From: an uncultured delta proteobacterium | Lineage (GTDB): Bacteria > Desulfobacterota > Binatia > UBA9968 | Assembly: GCA_963745035.1 (NCBI GenBank) | Contig: CAVUVW010000013.1 | Coordinates: 96,001-160,000, forward strand | DNA length: 64,000 nt | Direction of reading: 5' to 3' | In this document: piece after piece, positions 10,308 to 19,798 of the stretch | Layout of the letters: each line of letters starts with the position of its first letter | Position numbering within the stretch: position 1 is the stretch's first letter | The notes under the pieces: generated by a model | Told to the model about the DNA's origin: nothing | The model's database searches: none | Seen by the model: the letters and a program-made list of their open reading frames with translations, nothing else | Translations under genes and position numbers: made by a program

Positions 10308-11639
10308 ATGACTCTGGAAAATTTTTGGCTTGAGGCGTTTCTGATCATCGCGTTGATCTTCGCCAACGGCTTTTTCGCCGCGTCGGAAATCGCCGTGATC
10401 GCGATGCGCAAGAGCCGCATCGACGCGCTGGTGGAAAAGGGCGTCCAATCCGCCGCCGTGGTCGCGCGGCTCAAAAACGACCCCGATCGTTTTCTCGCCA
10501 CAGTGCAAATCGGTGTAACCCTGGTCGGTACCCTGGCTTCCGCCATCGGCGGCGCCGCGGCCATCGATCATCTCAAACCGCAGATTGCCGCGCTGCCCTT
10601 TCCTCTGGCCGCGCGCTGGGCCGAAGCAATCGCGCTGTTGATCGTGGTCGTGCCGATCGCCTATCTGTCGCTGGTGCTCGGCGAGCTCGTGCCCAAGTCC
10701 CTGGCGCTGAAATACTCCGAACAGATCGCCTGCCTGGTCGCCCGGCCCATCGACTTGCTGGCCCGCGCGACGGCCGTTTTCGTGAAGACGCTCACCGCTT
10801 CGAGCAACAGCGTGCTCCGGATTTTCGGCGGCAAAGACGTCGAAAGCGCAAGCTTTATTTCCGTGGAGGAAGTCAAGTCGTTGATCCGTGAGGGCGCCGC
10901 CAAGGGGATTTTCAACGAAACCGAACAAGAGCTGATCCACAGTGTTTTTGAGTTTGCCGACACGCCGGTCAAGGCGGTCATGGTCCCGCGCACCGAGATC
11001 CACGCCATCGAAGCCCACGTCTCCCTCAGCGAAGCGGCCAAAAGCTTCATCGAAAGCGGCTTCTCGCGCATCCCGGTTTACGAGGGCGAGCTCGATAAGA
11101 TCATCGGCATTCTTTACAACAAGGATGTTTTCAAGGCCTTGGTCGAAAACAGCGACTTTCGGATTCGCGACCATCTGCATCCGTCGTTCTTCGTGCCGAG
11201 CACCCTGCCGATCAGCGAGCTGCTGAAACAGTTGCAGCGCCGCCGATTGGCGATGGCTTTGGTGGTCAATGAATTTGGCGAAGTCGAGGGGCTCGCCACC
11301 CTGGAAGACTTGGTCGAGGAGATCGTCGGCGAGATCCGCGACGAGTACGACCGTGAAGAGCGCGGCCCGGTGGAGCGCCTTCCCGACGGTTCCATGGTGA
11401 TTCAAGGCTCGGCGTTGCTCAAAGACCTAAAGGCCGACTTCACGCTGCCGTTCGAGGAATCGCCGGATTTCCACACCCTGGCGGGCTTCATGCTCGCCAG
11501 GCTGAGACGCATCCCGCGCGCCGGCGAATGGGTCGAAGACAACGGCTACAAACTGACCATCGTCGATATGGAAGGAAGGCGCATCGTGAAAATCAAAGTC
11601 GAGCGGGTGAACTCGGTCAAACAGAGCGAAGCGCGCTAG
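10308..11639 (+). CDS. Hemolysin/CNNM family protein (DUF21-CBS-CorC), probable divalent cation transport
   Basis: NGFFAASEIA, FLATVQIGVT, GELVPKSLA, MVPRTEI, FSRIPVY, TLEDLVEEIVGEIRDEYD; ATG after AGGAG. Confidence 0.9.
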   Translation: MTLENFWLEAFLIIALIFANGFFAASEIAVIAMRKSRIDALVEKGVQSAAVVARLKNDPDRFLATVQIGVTLVGTLASAIGGAAAIDHLKPQIAALPFPLAARWAEAIALLIVVVPIAYLSLVLGELVPKSLALKYSEQIACLVARPIDLLARATAVFVKTLTASSNSVLRIFGGKDVESASFISVEEVKSLIREGAAKGIFNETEQELIHSVFEFADTPVKAVMVPRTEIHAIEAHVSLSEAAKSFIESGFSRIPVYEGELDKIIGILYNKDVFKALVENSDFRIRDHLHPSFFVPSTLPISELLKQLQRRRLAMALVVNEFGEVEGLATLEDLVEEIVGEIRDEYDREERGPVERLPDGSMVIQGSALLKDLKADFTLPFEESPDFHTLAGFMLARLRRIPRAGEWVEDNGYKLTIVDMEGRRIVKIKVERVNSVKQSEAR

Positions 11640-11646
11640 CGCGGAT

Positions 11647-11736
11647 GGAACGGAGTGATGGAATAGCGGGGTAGAAAATATTCGTTGTTGTTCTGCCCAA
11701 CACTCCAGTACTCCAATAATCCATCACTCCATTTCC
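11647..11736. repeat. Palindromic element built of 8-nt TGGAGTRN units between convergent genes
   Basis: Left GGAGTGATGGAATAG; right CCAACACTCCAGTACTCCAATAATCCATCACTCC; same family as 26304-26407. Confidence 0.75.
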
Positions 11737-12150
11737 TCAGTACGCTCGTATCTCGACTTCGTTGCCGTCGGGATCGAGAAAATACACCGAAGTCGCCCGG
11801 CCGCGCGCGCCCCAGCGCGAAATCGGTCCTTCCCGGATCGCGATTTGGCGGGCGGCAAGATAATCCGTGATGCCGGCGAAATCCGCCGCCCCGACGACCA
11901 TGCAGAAATGGTTGAGGTTGCCGCTGTTCTTTGCGCCGCCGTCTGGAACGCTTGCCTGCTTGGTCGGAAACAGATCGATAATCGTTCCCTCGCTGATGCG
12001 CACCGACGGAAAGCCGACTTTGCCGGCGCGAAATTCTTCGATCCGTTCGCCGCGCAGGCCGAGAACGCCGGTGTAAAACGCCAGCGAGCGCTCGATGTCG
12101 GCGACGTTGAGCACGATATGATCCAGCTCCGTGATTTTGATTCCCGTCAT
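11737..12150 (-). CDS. VOC (glyoxalase-like) family protein
   Basis: LDHIVLNVADIERSLAFY, NHFC, SVYFLDPDGNEVE; ATG at 12150. Confidence 0.85.
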   Translation of the reverse strand: MTGIKITELDHIVLNVADIERSLAFYTGVLGLRGERIEEFRAGKVGFPSVRISEGTIIDLFPTKQASVPDGGAKNSGNLNHFCMVVGAADFAGITDYLAARQIAIREGPISRWGARGRATSVYFLDPDGNEVEIRAY

Positions 12151-12176
12151 GGCTCGACTCCTTTTCCGTTGAGCGC

Positions 12177-13232
12177 TCAAGCTCCGAGCGCGGCCATTTG
12201 GTCTATCAAAGTCTGAATTTCCTTGGGCGCGCCGACCGTGACGCGCAGACAATCCCGCAACTCGGGCGTGTCGAAATAACGCACCAGGATGCGGCGCCGC
12301 TTGAGCTCCTCGTAAACCGGTTTGAGGCTCGCGCCGTTTTTCCGCGCCAGGACAAAATTGGCGTGCGACGGGTACACCTCGTAGCCCATCCGCCGGAGCG
12401 CCGCAGAAAGCTTTTTCCGGCTCTTTTGAATCCGCCGCGCGTTGCGCGCCATCCACGGCAGGTCCTGTAACGCCGCGGTCGCCGCCGTCAGGCTCAAGCG
12501 ATTGAGATTGTAGGAATCCTTCACCTTCATCATGCCGGCGATGATCTCCGCCGGCGCGAACGCCAACCCGATGCGCAAGCCGGCCAGGGAAAACGACTTG
12601 GAAAAAGTTCTGAGCACGATCAGATTGTCGAGCCGGCGAATCAACGGGATCGCCGACGCTCCTTCGCTCTCGGCGAAATCGACGTAGGCTTCATCGACGA
12701 CGAGAATGCCGGACACCGAACGCGCCAGCCTTTCGACCTCGGCCAGCGACACGAGGGTGCCCGACGGCGCATTGGGATTGCAGAGAAACGTGAGCGCCGC
12801 ATTTTGCGCCGCCAAGCCGGCGGGCAAGGAAAAATCCGCCGGATAGTTTACTGCGGCGCGAACGCCGTTCTGGATTTCGATCAACGTGTCGTAAAGCGAG
12901 TAGGTCGGATGCGGCAAGGCAACCCGATCGCCCGCCTCGACAAAGCAGCGCAGCACGATCGAGAGCAGCTCATCGGAGCCGTTTCCCGCGATGATATTCG
13001 ACGGTTCGACGCCGTACACCACTGCGGCCGCCGCTCGGAGCGTGTCGCTTAGCGGCTCGGGGTAGAGCCTGAGCGAGGCATCGATCGCTTTTCTCAGCGC
13101 CGCGCCGACTCGGGGCGACGGCGGGTAGGGATTTTCATTGGTGTTAAGTTTGATAAATCCCGTTTCCTGGGGTTGTTCACCGGGAACATAGCCCGCCATC
13201 GCCGCGATATTGGCTCGGAACGGACCCGACAT
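12177..13232 (-). CDS. hisC: Histidinol-phosphate aminotransferase
   Basis: YVPGEQP, KLNTNENPYPPS, GNGSDE, NPNAPSG, VDEAYVDF, RTFSKSFSLAGLRIG. Confidence 0.92.
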   Translation of the reverse strand: MSGPFRANIAAMAGYVPGEQPQETGFIKLNTNENPYPPSPRVGAALRKAIDASLRLYPEPLSDTLRAAAAVVYGVEPSNIIAGNGSDELLSIVLRCFVEAGDRVALPHPTYSLYDTLIEIQNGVRAAVNYPADFSLPAGLAAQNAALTFLCNPNAPSGTLVSLAEVERLARSVSGILVVDEAYVDFAESEGASAIPLIRRLDNLIVLRTFSKSFSLAGLRIGLAFAPAEIIAGMMKVKDSYNLNRLSLTAATAALQDLPWMARNARRIQKSRKKLSAALRRMGYEVYPSHANFVLARKNGASLKPVYEELKRRRILVRYFDTPELRDCLRVTVGAPKEIQTLIDQMAALGA

Positions 13233-13489
13233 AGAGCGAAATAGTATCGGCAGCCGGAGATCATTTCAAACCCGCGCGGCGCGCTGGACGAGGCATGCGC
13301 GCGCTCGGGTTTTCAACCAAAACTTAGACAATGAAGCTTACTCAAGGAGCGCCGATCAGCGTCTTCAAGACAAAATTGTCCAGGAATCGCCCGGATTGTC
13401 CCGACTTCTTCAGCTCTCGGGGGCGGCTGATGAAAAGGCTTTTGTACGTTTCTAAATACTTGAATTAACGACACTCGCTGGTTGAATGA

Positions 13490-13505
13490 TGGCATGTTTT
13501 TGGCT
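13490..13505 (+). promoter_or_regulatory. Putative sigma54 (-24/-12) promoter
   Basis: TGGCATGTTTTTGGCT = GG-N10-GC; IHF-like AT tract at 13453-13465 and palindrome GACAAAATTGTC at 13369-13380 upstream. Confidence 0.55.
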
Positions 13506-13559
13506 AAAGCCTGGAGCTTGGTCGCCGCGGAATAGCCCGCGCCCTTTCTTGAAAGTTTG

Positions 13560-15146
13560 ATGGACTTGCCGACATTCCCGAGAAGCGATCCGCTCATCGT
13601 GCTGCTGAACGAGATCGAGAGCTTGCTGGCGCAAACGCGCTCCATGGAGCTTCACGTTCAACGAGCCCAGGCGCTGACCGGCGATAAGATCGCGCGGCTG
13701 CAGGAGGAATATCAACGAGACGTGGCGGGTTTGCGCGCGGCCCTAGCCGCGAGCGAGGAAGCTCTCGCCGCGCAAAAAAAAGCGCTCGCCGGTGAGCACG
13801 ATTTGCGCCAACGGATAGAATCGCTCGAAGAGCAGTTGCGCGCGGAGCGCGGCGCCGCCGAAAATACGCAAAAGGAACTGGAAGAAAGACGTGTCCTGGT
13901 TTCGTCCGGCGACGAACGGCTGCGCGCCGCACTGGATCGGGCGACGGCATTCGAGCAGCGGATGGCGGAGCTGGAAGCCGCCAATAACGAGCTTGCCGCC
14001 GAGGTCCGGCGGCGCGACGACGCGCGGCATTGGCACGAAGACGAGATCGAAGCGCTCCGGCATCAAGTCGCGGCTCAAGAGCGGACTTTGATCGGACGCC
14101 GGGAAGCCGTCACCGCCGTCGAGTTGGCGCTCCACGCCAAACTCCAAACGATCCATCAGGAGCTGGCGAACAGCCGGCGCGAAATCGAGGAGCGCGACCG
14201 CGCCATCGAGAGCATCGAGGACGCGCGTGAGGCGCTGCGGTGCGATTACGAAAAAGAAAGCGACGCGCGGCTGTCGGCTAAAGACCAAGATGAGGAACGG
14301 CTCGAGACGAAGATTGCCGAGCTGCAAATGCAATTGGCGGAAAAACAGCTGCTGGCCGAGTGCCGCGGCGCCGAGATTGCCGACTTGAAAGCCGCCGCCG
14401 ACCGGTTATCGGAGGAGAGCGCGCGACAACAGGCGAGCGCGGGCGAGGCGAACGCCGAGCAGATCGAAAATCTCGAAGAAAGCGGCGCGGCGCAACAGCG
14501 CGACGCCCGGACCGCATTCCATGGAATCCCACGCGAGGAGCACACTGCGATGAAAACTGAGGATCACGAAGCGCCAAAGAGCGCCGGCGAAGTCGCGGAG
14601 CAGGCCGCCCAAAGCGGTTCCGCGCCAGTGTTAAGCGACGAGATCGCTCGGCTGCGCCAGGAAGCCCAGGAGAGAAATCAGATTCTCCAGGACCGCAACG
14701 ACGAACTGGTCCGCGTCAAAGCCCAGCTCGATCAACTGCACGAGCGACTCGCGCAGCTCGAAGCTCCGCCGCCGTCTCGCGAGGAAAACTCCGTCGAGGC
14801 CGAAGCCGAGCGCATGCGCACCGAGTTTCAAGCTCAGCTTGCCCTGCTGCAGGCGGAGCTCAGTCAGAAGGAATGGGCGACGGAGGAACTCCAAGCCAAG
14901 GCGCGTGGGCTTGAGCAGAGCTTGCGCCAGGAAATCGACGCCTTGCGCCGCGCGCTGGGATCGAAGGAAACCAGCGAGCCGCGCGCGGCGCGCGAATTCG
15001 TTTTCGATGCGCCCCGGTCAAACCATCGTGAAGACGATGTCTTTGCGTTCGACGGCGGCGAAGGCGCGGTGCCTCCGCCGGGCTCGTTTGCGAGCCAGCG
15101 CCGGTGGCACACCGGCTTTGGCTGGAAGCGGCGGTGGCGATCCTAA
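13560..15146 (+). CDS. Long coiled-coil protein of unknown function
   Basis: About 528 aa, E/Q/R/A/L heptad-rich, no ATPase motifs, Trp/Arg-rich C-terminal tail. Confidence 0.75.
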   Translation: MDLPTFPRSDPLIVLLNEIESLLAQTRSMELHVQRAQALTGDKIARLQEEYQRDVAGLRAALAASEEALAAQKKALAGEHDLRQRIESLEEQLRAERGAAENTQKELEERRVLVSSGDERLRAALDRATAFEQRMAELEAANNELAAEVRRRDDARHWHEDEIEALRHQVAAQERTLIGRREAVTAVELALHAKLQTIHQELANSRREIEERDRAIESIEDAREALRCDYEKESDARLSAKDQDEERLETKIAELQMQLAEKQLLAECRGAEIADLKAAADRLSEESARQQASAGEANAEQIENLEESGAAQQRDARTAFHGIPREEHTAMKTEDHEAPKSAGEVAEQAAQSGSAPVLSDEIARLRQEAQERNQILQDRNDELVRVKAQLDQLHERLAQLEAPPPSREENSVEAEAERMRTEFQAQLALLQAELSQKEWATEELQAKARGLEQSLRQEIDALRRALGSKETSEPRAAREFVFDAPRSNHREDDVFAFDGGEGAVPPPGSFASQRRWHTGFGWKRRWRS

Positions 15147-15248
15147 AGAATTTTTGAGCGGACAAGGCACCGGTTCGGGCGAAAGCTTCGAAGCGCACGG
15201 CCGTTGATTCAGCAAACTGGAGAGCGCGCCGGAGTGGCGCGCGGAAGG

Positions 15249-15975
15249 ATGATCATGTTGCAAACCGAACGGGTGCCGACGGGAATCGTGGGGCTTGACC
15301 GGTTCATCGAAGGCGGGCTGCCGAAAGGTCGTTCGATTCTGGTCACTGGAGAACCGGGAACCGGCAAGACGATATTTGCCTTGCAGTTTCTCGTCGAGGG
15401 GCTCAAGCACGGCGAAAAAGGCATCTACGTGAGCGCCGACGAAAGCCCCATGGACGTGCTCGAGCAAGCCGCCTCTCTGGGCTGGGATCTTGAGCCGCGC
15501 GTCGAGAACAAGGAAATGGCGATCTTGAACGCTGGAACGTATTTGAGCTCCGGTAAAGAGCGGCAGATCGACGTGCAAAAAGCCGTCGGCGATCTCGCTT
15601 CATTCGTCAACCAGATCGGCGCCAAGCGTATGGTGCTCGATCCGGCGGGCCCGTTCGTGCTCCTGCGCGATACCAATGCCCGCATTCAGGATCAGACCCG
15701 CTTATTGATCAAACTATTGCGCTCCTCAACACAGACCACCAACATTTTGACTTCCTACGCGGTGCCGCGCACCGGCGAACGCAGCATGCACGGCATCGAG
15801 GAGTATCTTGTCGCCGGCGCCATCGTCTTGGAGATGATCTGGAAGGATGGAGGCCTTGCGCGCAGTTTGATCGTCGAAAAAATGCGTTGTACCGCCGTCA
15901 AGCCGATGCAACTCGAATTCGATATCGCCAAGAGACAAGGAATCGTCATCCAGCCGCCGGCCGGAGTCGCTTTAA
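15249..15975 (+). CDS. KaiC-like (RecA-superfamily) ATPase domain 1; 3' end uncertain
   Basis: RVPTGIVGLD..IEGGLP, Walker A GEPGTGKT, LQFL..G, SLGWDL, VEKMR. Confidence 0.8.
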
Positions 15976-15981
15976 ATCGCA

Positions 15982-16776
15982 ATGGACCTCGCGCGCATTT
16001 CCACCGGCATTGCCGGGCTCGACAGTTTGCTCGGCGGCGGTTTTATAAAGGGCCGCAGTTATCTCTTGACCGGCGATACCGGTACCGGCAAGACCATCGC
16101 TTGCTTGCAGTTTTTGGTAAGCGGCCTCGCCAAAGGCGAAAAAGCGGTGTACGTCACGGTCGACGAGCGCCCGTGCCGAGATTCTCGGAGTCGGCGGCGT
16201 CTTTTTCTTGGGACCTTCAGCCGCATATTCAAGGCAAGAGTTTGGTGATTCTGGACGCCGCGAGCAGCAGCGCGGCCGAGAAAGGCATCGATCCGCAGAA
16301 GATGGTCGCCGACCTGGGCAATTACGCGAAAAGCTTGGGCGCCACCATCCTGATCGTCGATCCGATTACGCCGCTCCTCCTACCCGACCAACCCAGCAAC
16401 CCCGGTTCAAGTCCACGCCCGCGCGCTCATTCAGTTCATTCAGACCCAACTCAACATGACCACGCTGTTCACCAGCCACGCCACGTCGAGCCAGGGACCG
16501 ACGCAGTTCATATCGAGCAATTTCTCGCATCCGGCGTGTTGGTTTTAAAGACCAGCGAATCGGACGGCCATTGCGAGCGGACAGTCCATATCAAGAAGAT
16601 GCGCTACACTCCGGCTGACTCCCGGCGAGTACCCGTTCGCGATGGTCAACAATCAAGGCATCGTGCTGCTGGAAAGTTCTTCGAATGGCGCTTCCGGCGC
16701 TTCACCGGTTGAGCCGCCGCGCCCGGCGGAATCGCAGTTCTTTCAGTCCTTCAAACTCGAAGACAAAGAGTCCTGA
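15982..16776 (+). CDS. KaiC-like ATPase domain 2 (several frameshifts); separate gene or C-terminal half of a double-domain protein
   Basis: RISTGIAGLDSLLGGGF, Walker A GDTGTGKT, SFSWDL, IKKMR, then EYPFAMVNNQGIVL in a shifted frame ending at TGA 16776. Confidence 0.78.
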
Positions 16777-16872
16777 CCGAAACCGCCGTTTCTCCCTAAC
16801 CTCGATTGAGCAGCGGCTCTTGCGCCGCTCGCGCCGGCTAATTTCCCGGCGATTTCGTGCCTTTTCATTTTC

Positions 16873-16901
16873 TTGACAGCTCGAGAAACGATGCTTAGCT
16901 T
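16873..16901 (+). promoter_or_regulatory. Putative sigma70-type promoter of clpB
   Basis: TTGACA-N17-TAGCTT. Confidence 0.5.
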
Positions 16902-16927
16902 TCTGGCAGCACGGTGAAAACAGTAAA

Positions 16928-19570
16928 ATGCGGTCTAGATAAACTGACGACAAAATCACAAGAAGCACTGCAGCAAGCTCAAGGGCTCGCCGAAAAGCGC
17001 AACCACCAGGCCATCGACGTAGAGCATTTGCTGTTCGCGTTGCTGGGACAGAAAGAGGGAGTGGTCTTCGCGCTGCTGCAAAAACTCGGCGTGCCGCTCG
17101 AGCACGGTAACCGAGCGATTGCAAAAAGCTCTGGATCGCTTGCCGCAAGTCACCGGCGCGGCCGGCCAAACTTACATCAGCGCCGCGCTTGAAAAAAGTT
17201 ATCGAAAGCGCCGAGTCCGAGGCCGAAGCGCTCAAGGACGAATACGTCTCCACCGAGCATCTGCTGCTCGCGATGGTGCAAGACAGCGGCGAAGCGGGCA
17301 AAGTCCTCAAAGAGCTCGGCGCCTCCCGCGAGAAGATTCTGCAACGCGCTTGGTCGAGCATTCGCGGCGCGCAGAGGATTACCGATCCCGAATCCGGAAG
17401 AAAAATATCAGGCTCTGGAAAAATATGGCCGCGACTTGACCGATCTGGCGCGCAAAGGAAAACTCGATCCGGTGATCGGCCGCGACGATGAGATTCGCCG
17501 GGTGATCCAGGTGCTGTCGCGCCGGACCAAGAATAATCCGGTGCTGATCGGCGAGCCCGGCGTCGGGAAAACCGCGATCGTCGAAGGACTGGCGCTGCGC
17601 ATCGTCAACGGCGACGTGCCTGAGGGGCTGAAAGAAAAGCGCCTGATCGCCCTCGATCTCGGCGCGCTGGTCGCCGGCGCAAAGTTTCGCGGCGAATTCG
17701 AGGACCGGCTCAAAGCCGTGCTCAAAGAAGTCACTGAGGCGAGCGGCCAGATCGTCCTTTTCATCGACGAGCTCCACACTCTGGTCGGCGCCGGCGCCGC
17801 CGAAGGCGCCATGGACGCCTCGAACATGCTCAAGCCCGCGCTCGCCCGCGGCGAGCTGCGCTGCGTCGGCGCGACGACCTTGGACGAATACCGTAAGCGC
17901 GTCGAGAAAGATCCGGCGCTGGAACGGCGCTTCCAGCAAGTCTATGTCGGCGAGCCTTCGGTCGAGGATACCATCGCGATCCTGCGCGGCTTGAAGGAAC
18001 GCTACGAAGTGCATCACGGCGTGCGCATCACCGACGGCGCGATCATCGGCGCCGCGACTTTGTCCCAGCGCTATATCAGCGACCGGTTCCTGCCGGACAA
18101 GGCCATCGATCTGATCGATGAGGCGGCGTCGCGCCTGCGCATCGAGATCGACAGCATGCCGATCGAGATCGACGAAGTGGAGCGAAAAATTCTCCAGCTC
18201 GAGATCGAAAAGCAGGCGCTCAAGCGCGAGGAGGACAAAGCCTCCCGGCAGCGGCTGGCCCAGCTCGAGCGCGAGATCGAGAATCTGAAAGAGACCTCCA
18301 GCGCTCTCAAAGCCCACTGGCAAAACGAAAAGGAGTCGATCCAGCGGATTCGCTCGCTCAAGGAAAAAATCGAGGCGACCAAGGTCGACGAGCAAAAGGC
18401 GCAGCGCGAGGGTGATCTTGAATCGCGCCGCGGAGCTGCGCTACGGCACTCTCACCCAGCTTCAGAAGGATCTTGAAGAGGCGAACCAGAAGCTCGCCGA
18501 GCTGCAGAAGAACCAAAAGATGCTCAAGGAAGAAGTCGACGCCGAGGACGTCGCCGAAGTCGTCGCCAAATGGACCGGCATTCCGGTTTCGAAGATGCTC
18601 GAGGGCGAGATTCAAAAACTGCTCAAGATGGAAGAGCGGCTGAAGCTCCGGGTGATCGGCCAGGAGAGCGCGATTCACGCGGTAGCCAACGCCGTGCGCC
18701 GCGCCCGCGCCGGCTTGCAGGACGAGAACCGGCCCATCGGCTCGTTCATCTTTCTCGGTCCGACCGGCGTCGGAAAAACCGAGCTGTGCCGGGCGCTGGC
18801 GGAATTTCTCTTCGACGATGAGCAGGCGATGGTGCGCCTCGACATGTCGGAGTTCATGGAGAAGCACTCGGTCTCGCGGCTGATCGGCGCGCCTCCCGGC
18901 TACGTCGGCTATGAAGAAGGCGGCTATTTGACCGAAGCCGTGCGCCGACGGCCGTATTCGGTTGTGCTGTTCGACGAGATCGAAAAGGCGCACCCGGACG
19001 TTTTCAATGCGCTTTTGCAGATTCTCGAAGACGGCCGCATGACCGACGGACAGGGCCGCACGGTGGATTTCAAGAACACGGTCATCATCATGACATCGAA
19101 CCTCGGCAGCCAGCACATTCAAGAGCTCGCTGCCAAGGATCGTAAGAGAAATGGAGCGGCTGGTCACCGCAGCCTTGCGCGAGTCGTTCAAGCCCGAGTT
19201 TTTGAACCGCGTCGACGAGACGATCATTTTCAACAATCTTGGCCGGGGCGAGATCGCCGCGATCGTCGAAATCCAGCTCAAGCGCCTGCGCAAGAATCTT
19301 GCGAGCCGGAAGATCTCGCTCGAGCTCACGGACGGCGCTAAGGAGCTGATCGCGGAGAAGGGCTACGATCCGGTCTACGGCGCCCGTCCGCTCAAGCGCG
19401 CGATCCAGACGATTGATTCAGGATCCGCTGGCGGTTAAGATTCTCGGCGGCGAATTCAAAGATGGCGATCGGGTCGAAGTCGAGGCGGAAACCGACGAGT
19501 TAAGCTTCCACCGCGGAGCGCCGCCGTCTTCCATGACGCGTACGAGCACGAGCAGAGGACGATTCATTGA
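16928..19570 (+). CDS. clpB: ATP-dependent disaggregase ClpB (multiple frameshifts)
   Basis: [34 protein letters not shown], coiled-coil M domain with [28 protein letters not shown]. Confidence 0.93.
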
Positions 19571-19728
19571 CACCGTCGGCAAAGAAGATTCCGGCGGGGC
19601 TGGCCAGAGTGCGCAAGGAGCTTCCTCGTCCGGGAAAGATCATCACGAGCAAGAAGACGCTCCGGCGCCAGCGCGCTAAGGAACGGTTGCGCCGGGAGCT
19701 CCAAGAGACCTTGCCCGAATCTTCTTAG
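19567..19728 (+). CDS. Small basic protein, 53 aa ([53 protein letters not shown])
   Basis: TTG start overlapping the clpB TGA, GAGGA upstream, fills the clpB-MFS gap; absent from the ORF track, whose shortest entries are 60 aa. Confidence 0.55.
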   Translation: MTPSAKKIPAGLARVRKELPRPGKIITSKKTLRRQRAKERLRRELQETLPESS

Positions 19729-19798
19729 AGAACTCCGCGAACTTTGATCGGAGGGAGCCGCGCCGCCAAGCCGAGCGCGCTCCCTCTTTTTTTGTATC

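Noticed and set aside
13560-15146. SMC or chromosome segregation protein
   Set aside because: No Walker A/B, signature or hinge motifs; only coiled-coil composition
15204-16712. 502-aa ORF as an intact circadian KaiC
   Set aside because: The ORF drifts in and out of the true frame, lacks EE and Ser-Thr phosphosite motifs, and no kaiA/kaiB is nearby
16880-16925. CIRCE (HrcA) operator upstream of clpB
   Set aside because: No TTAGCACTC-N9-GAGTGCTAA match
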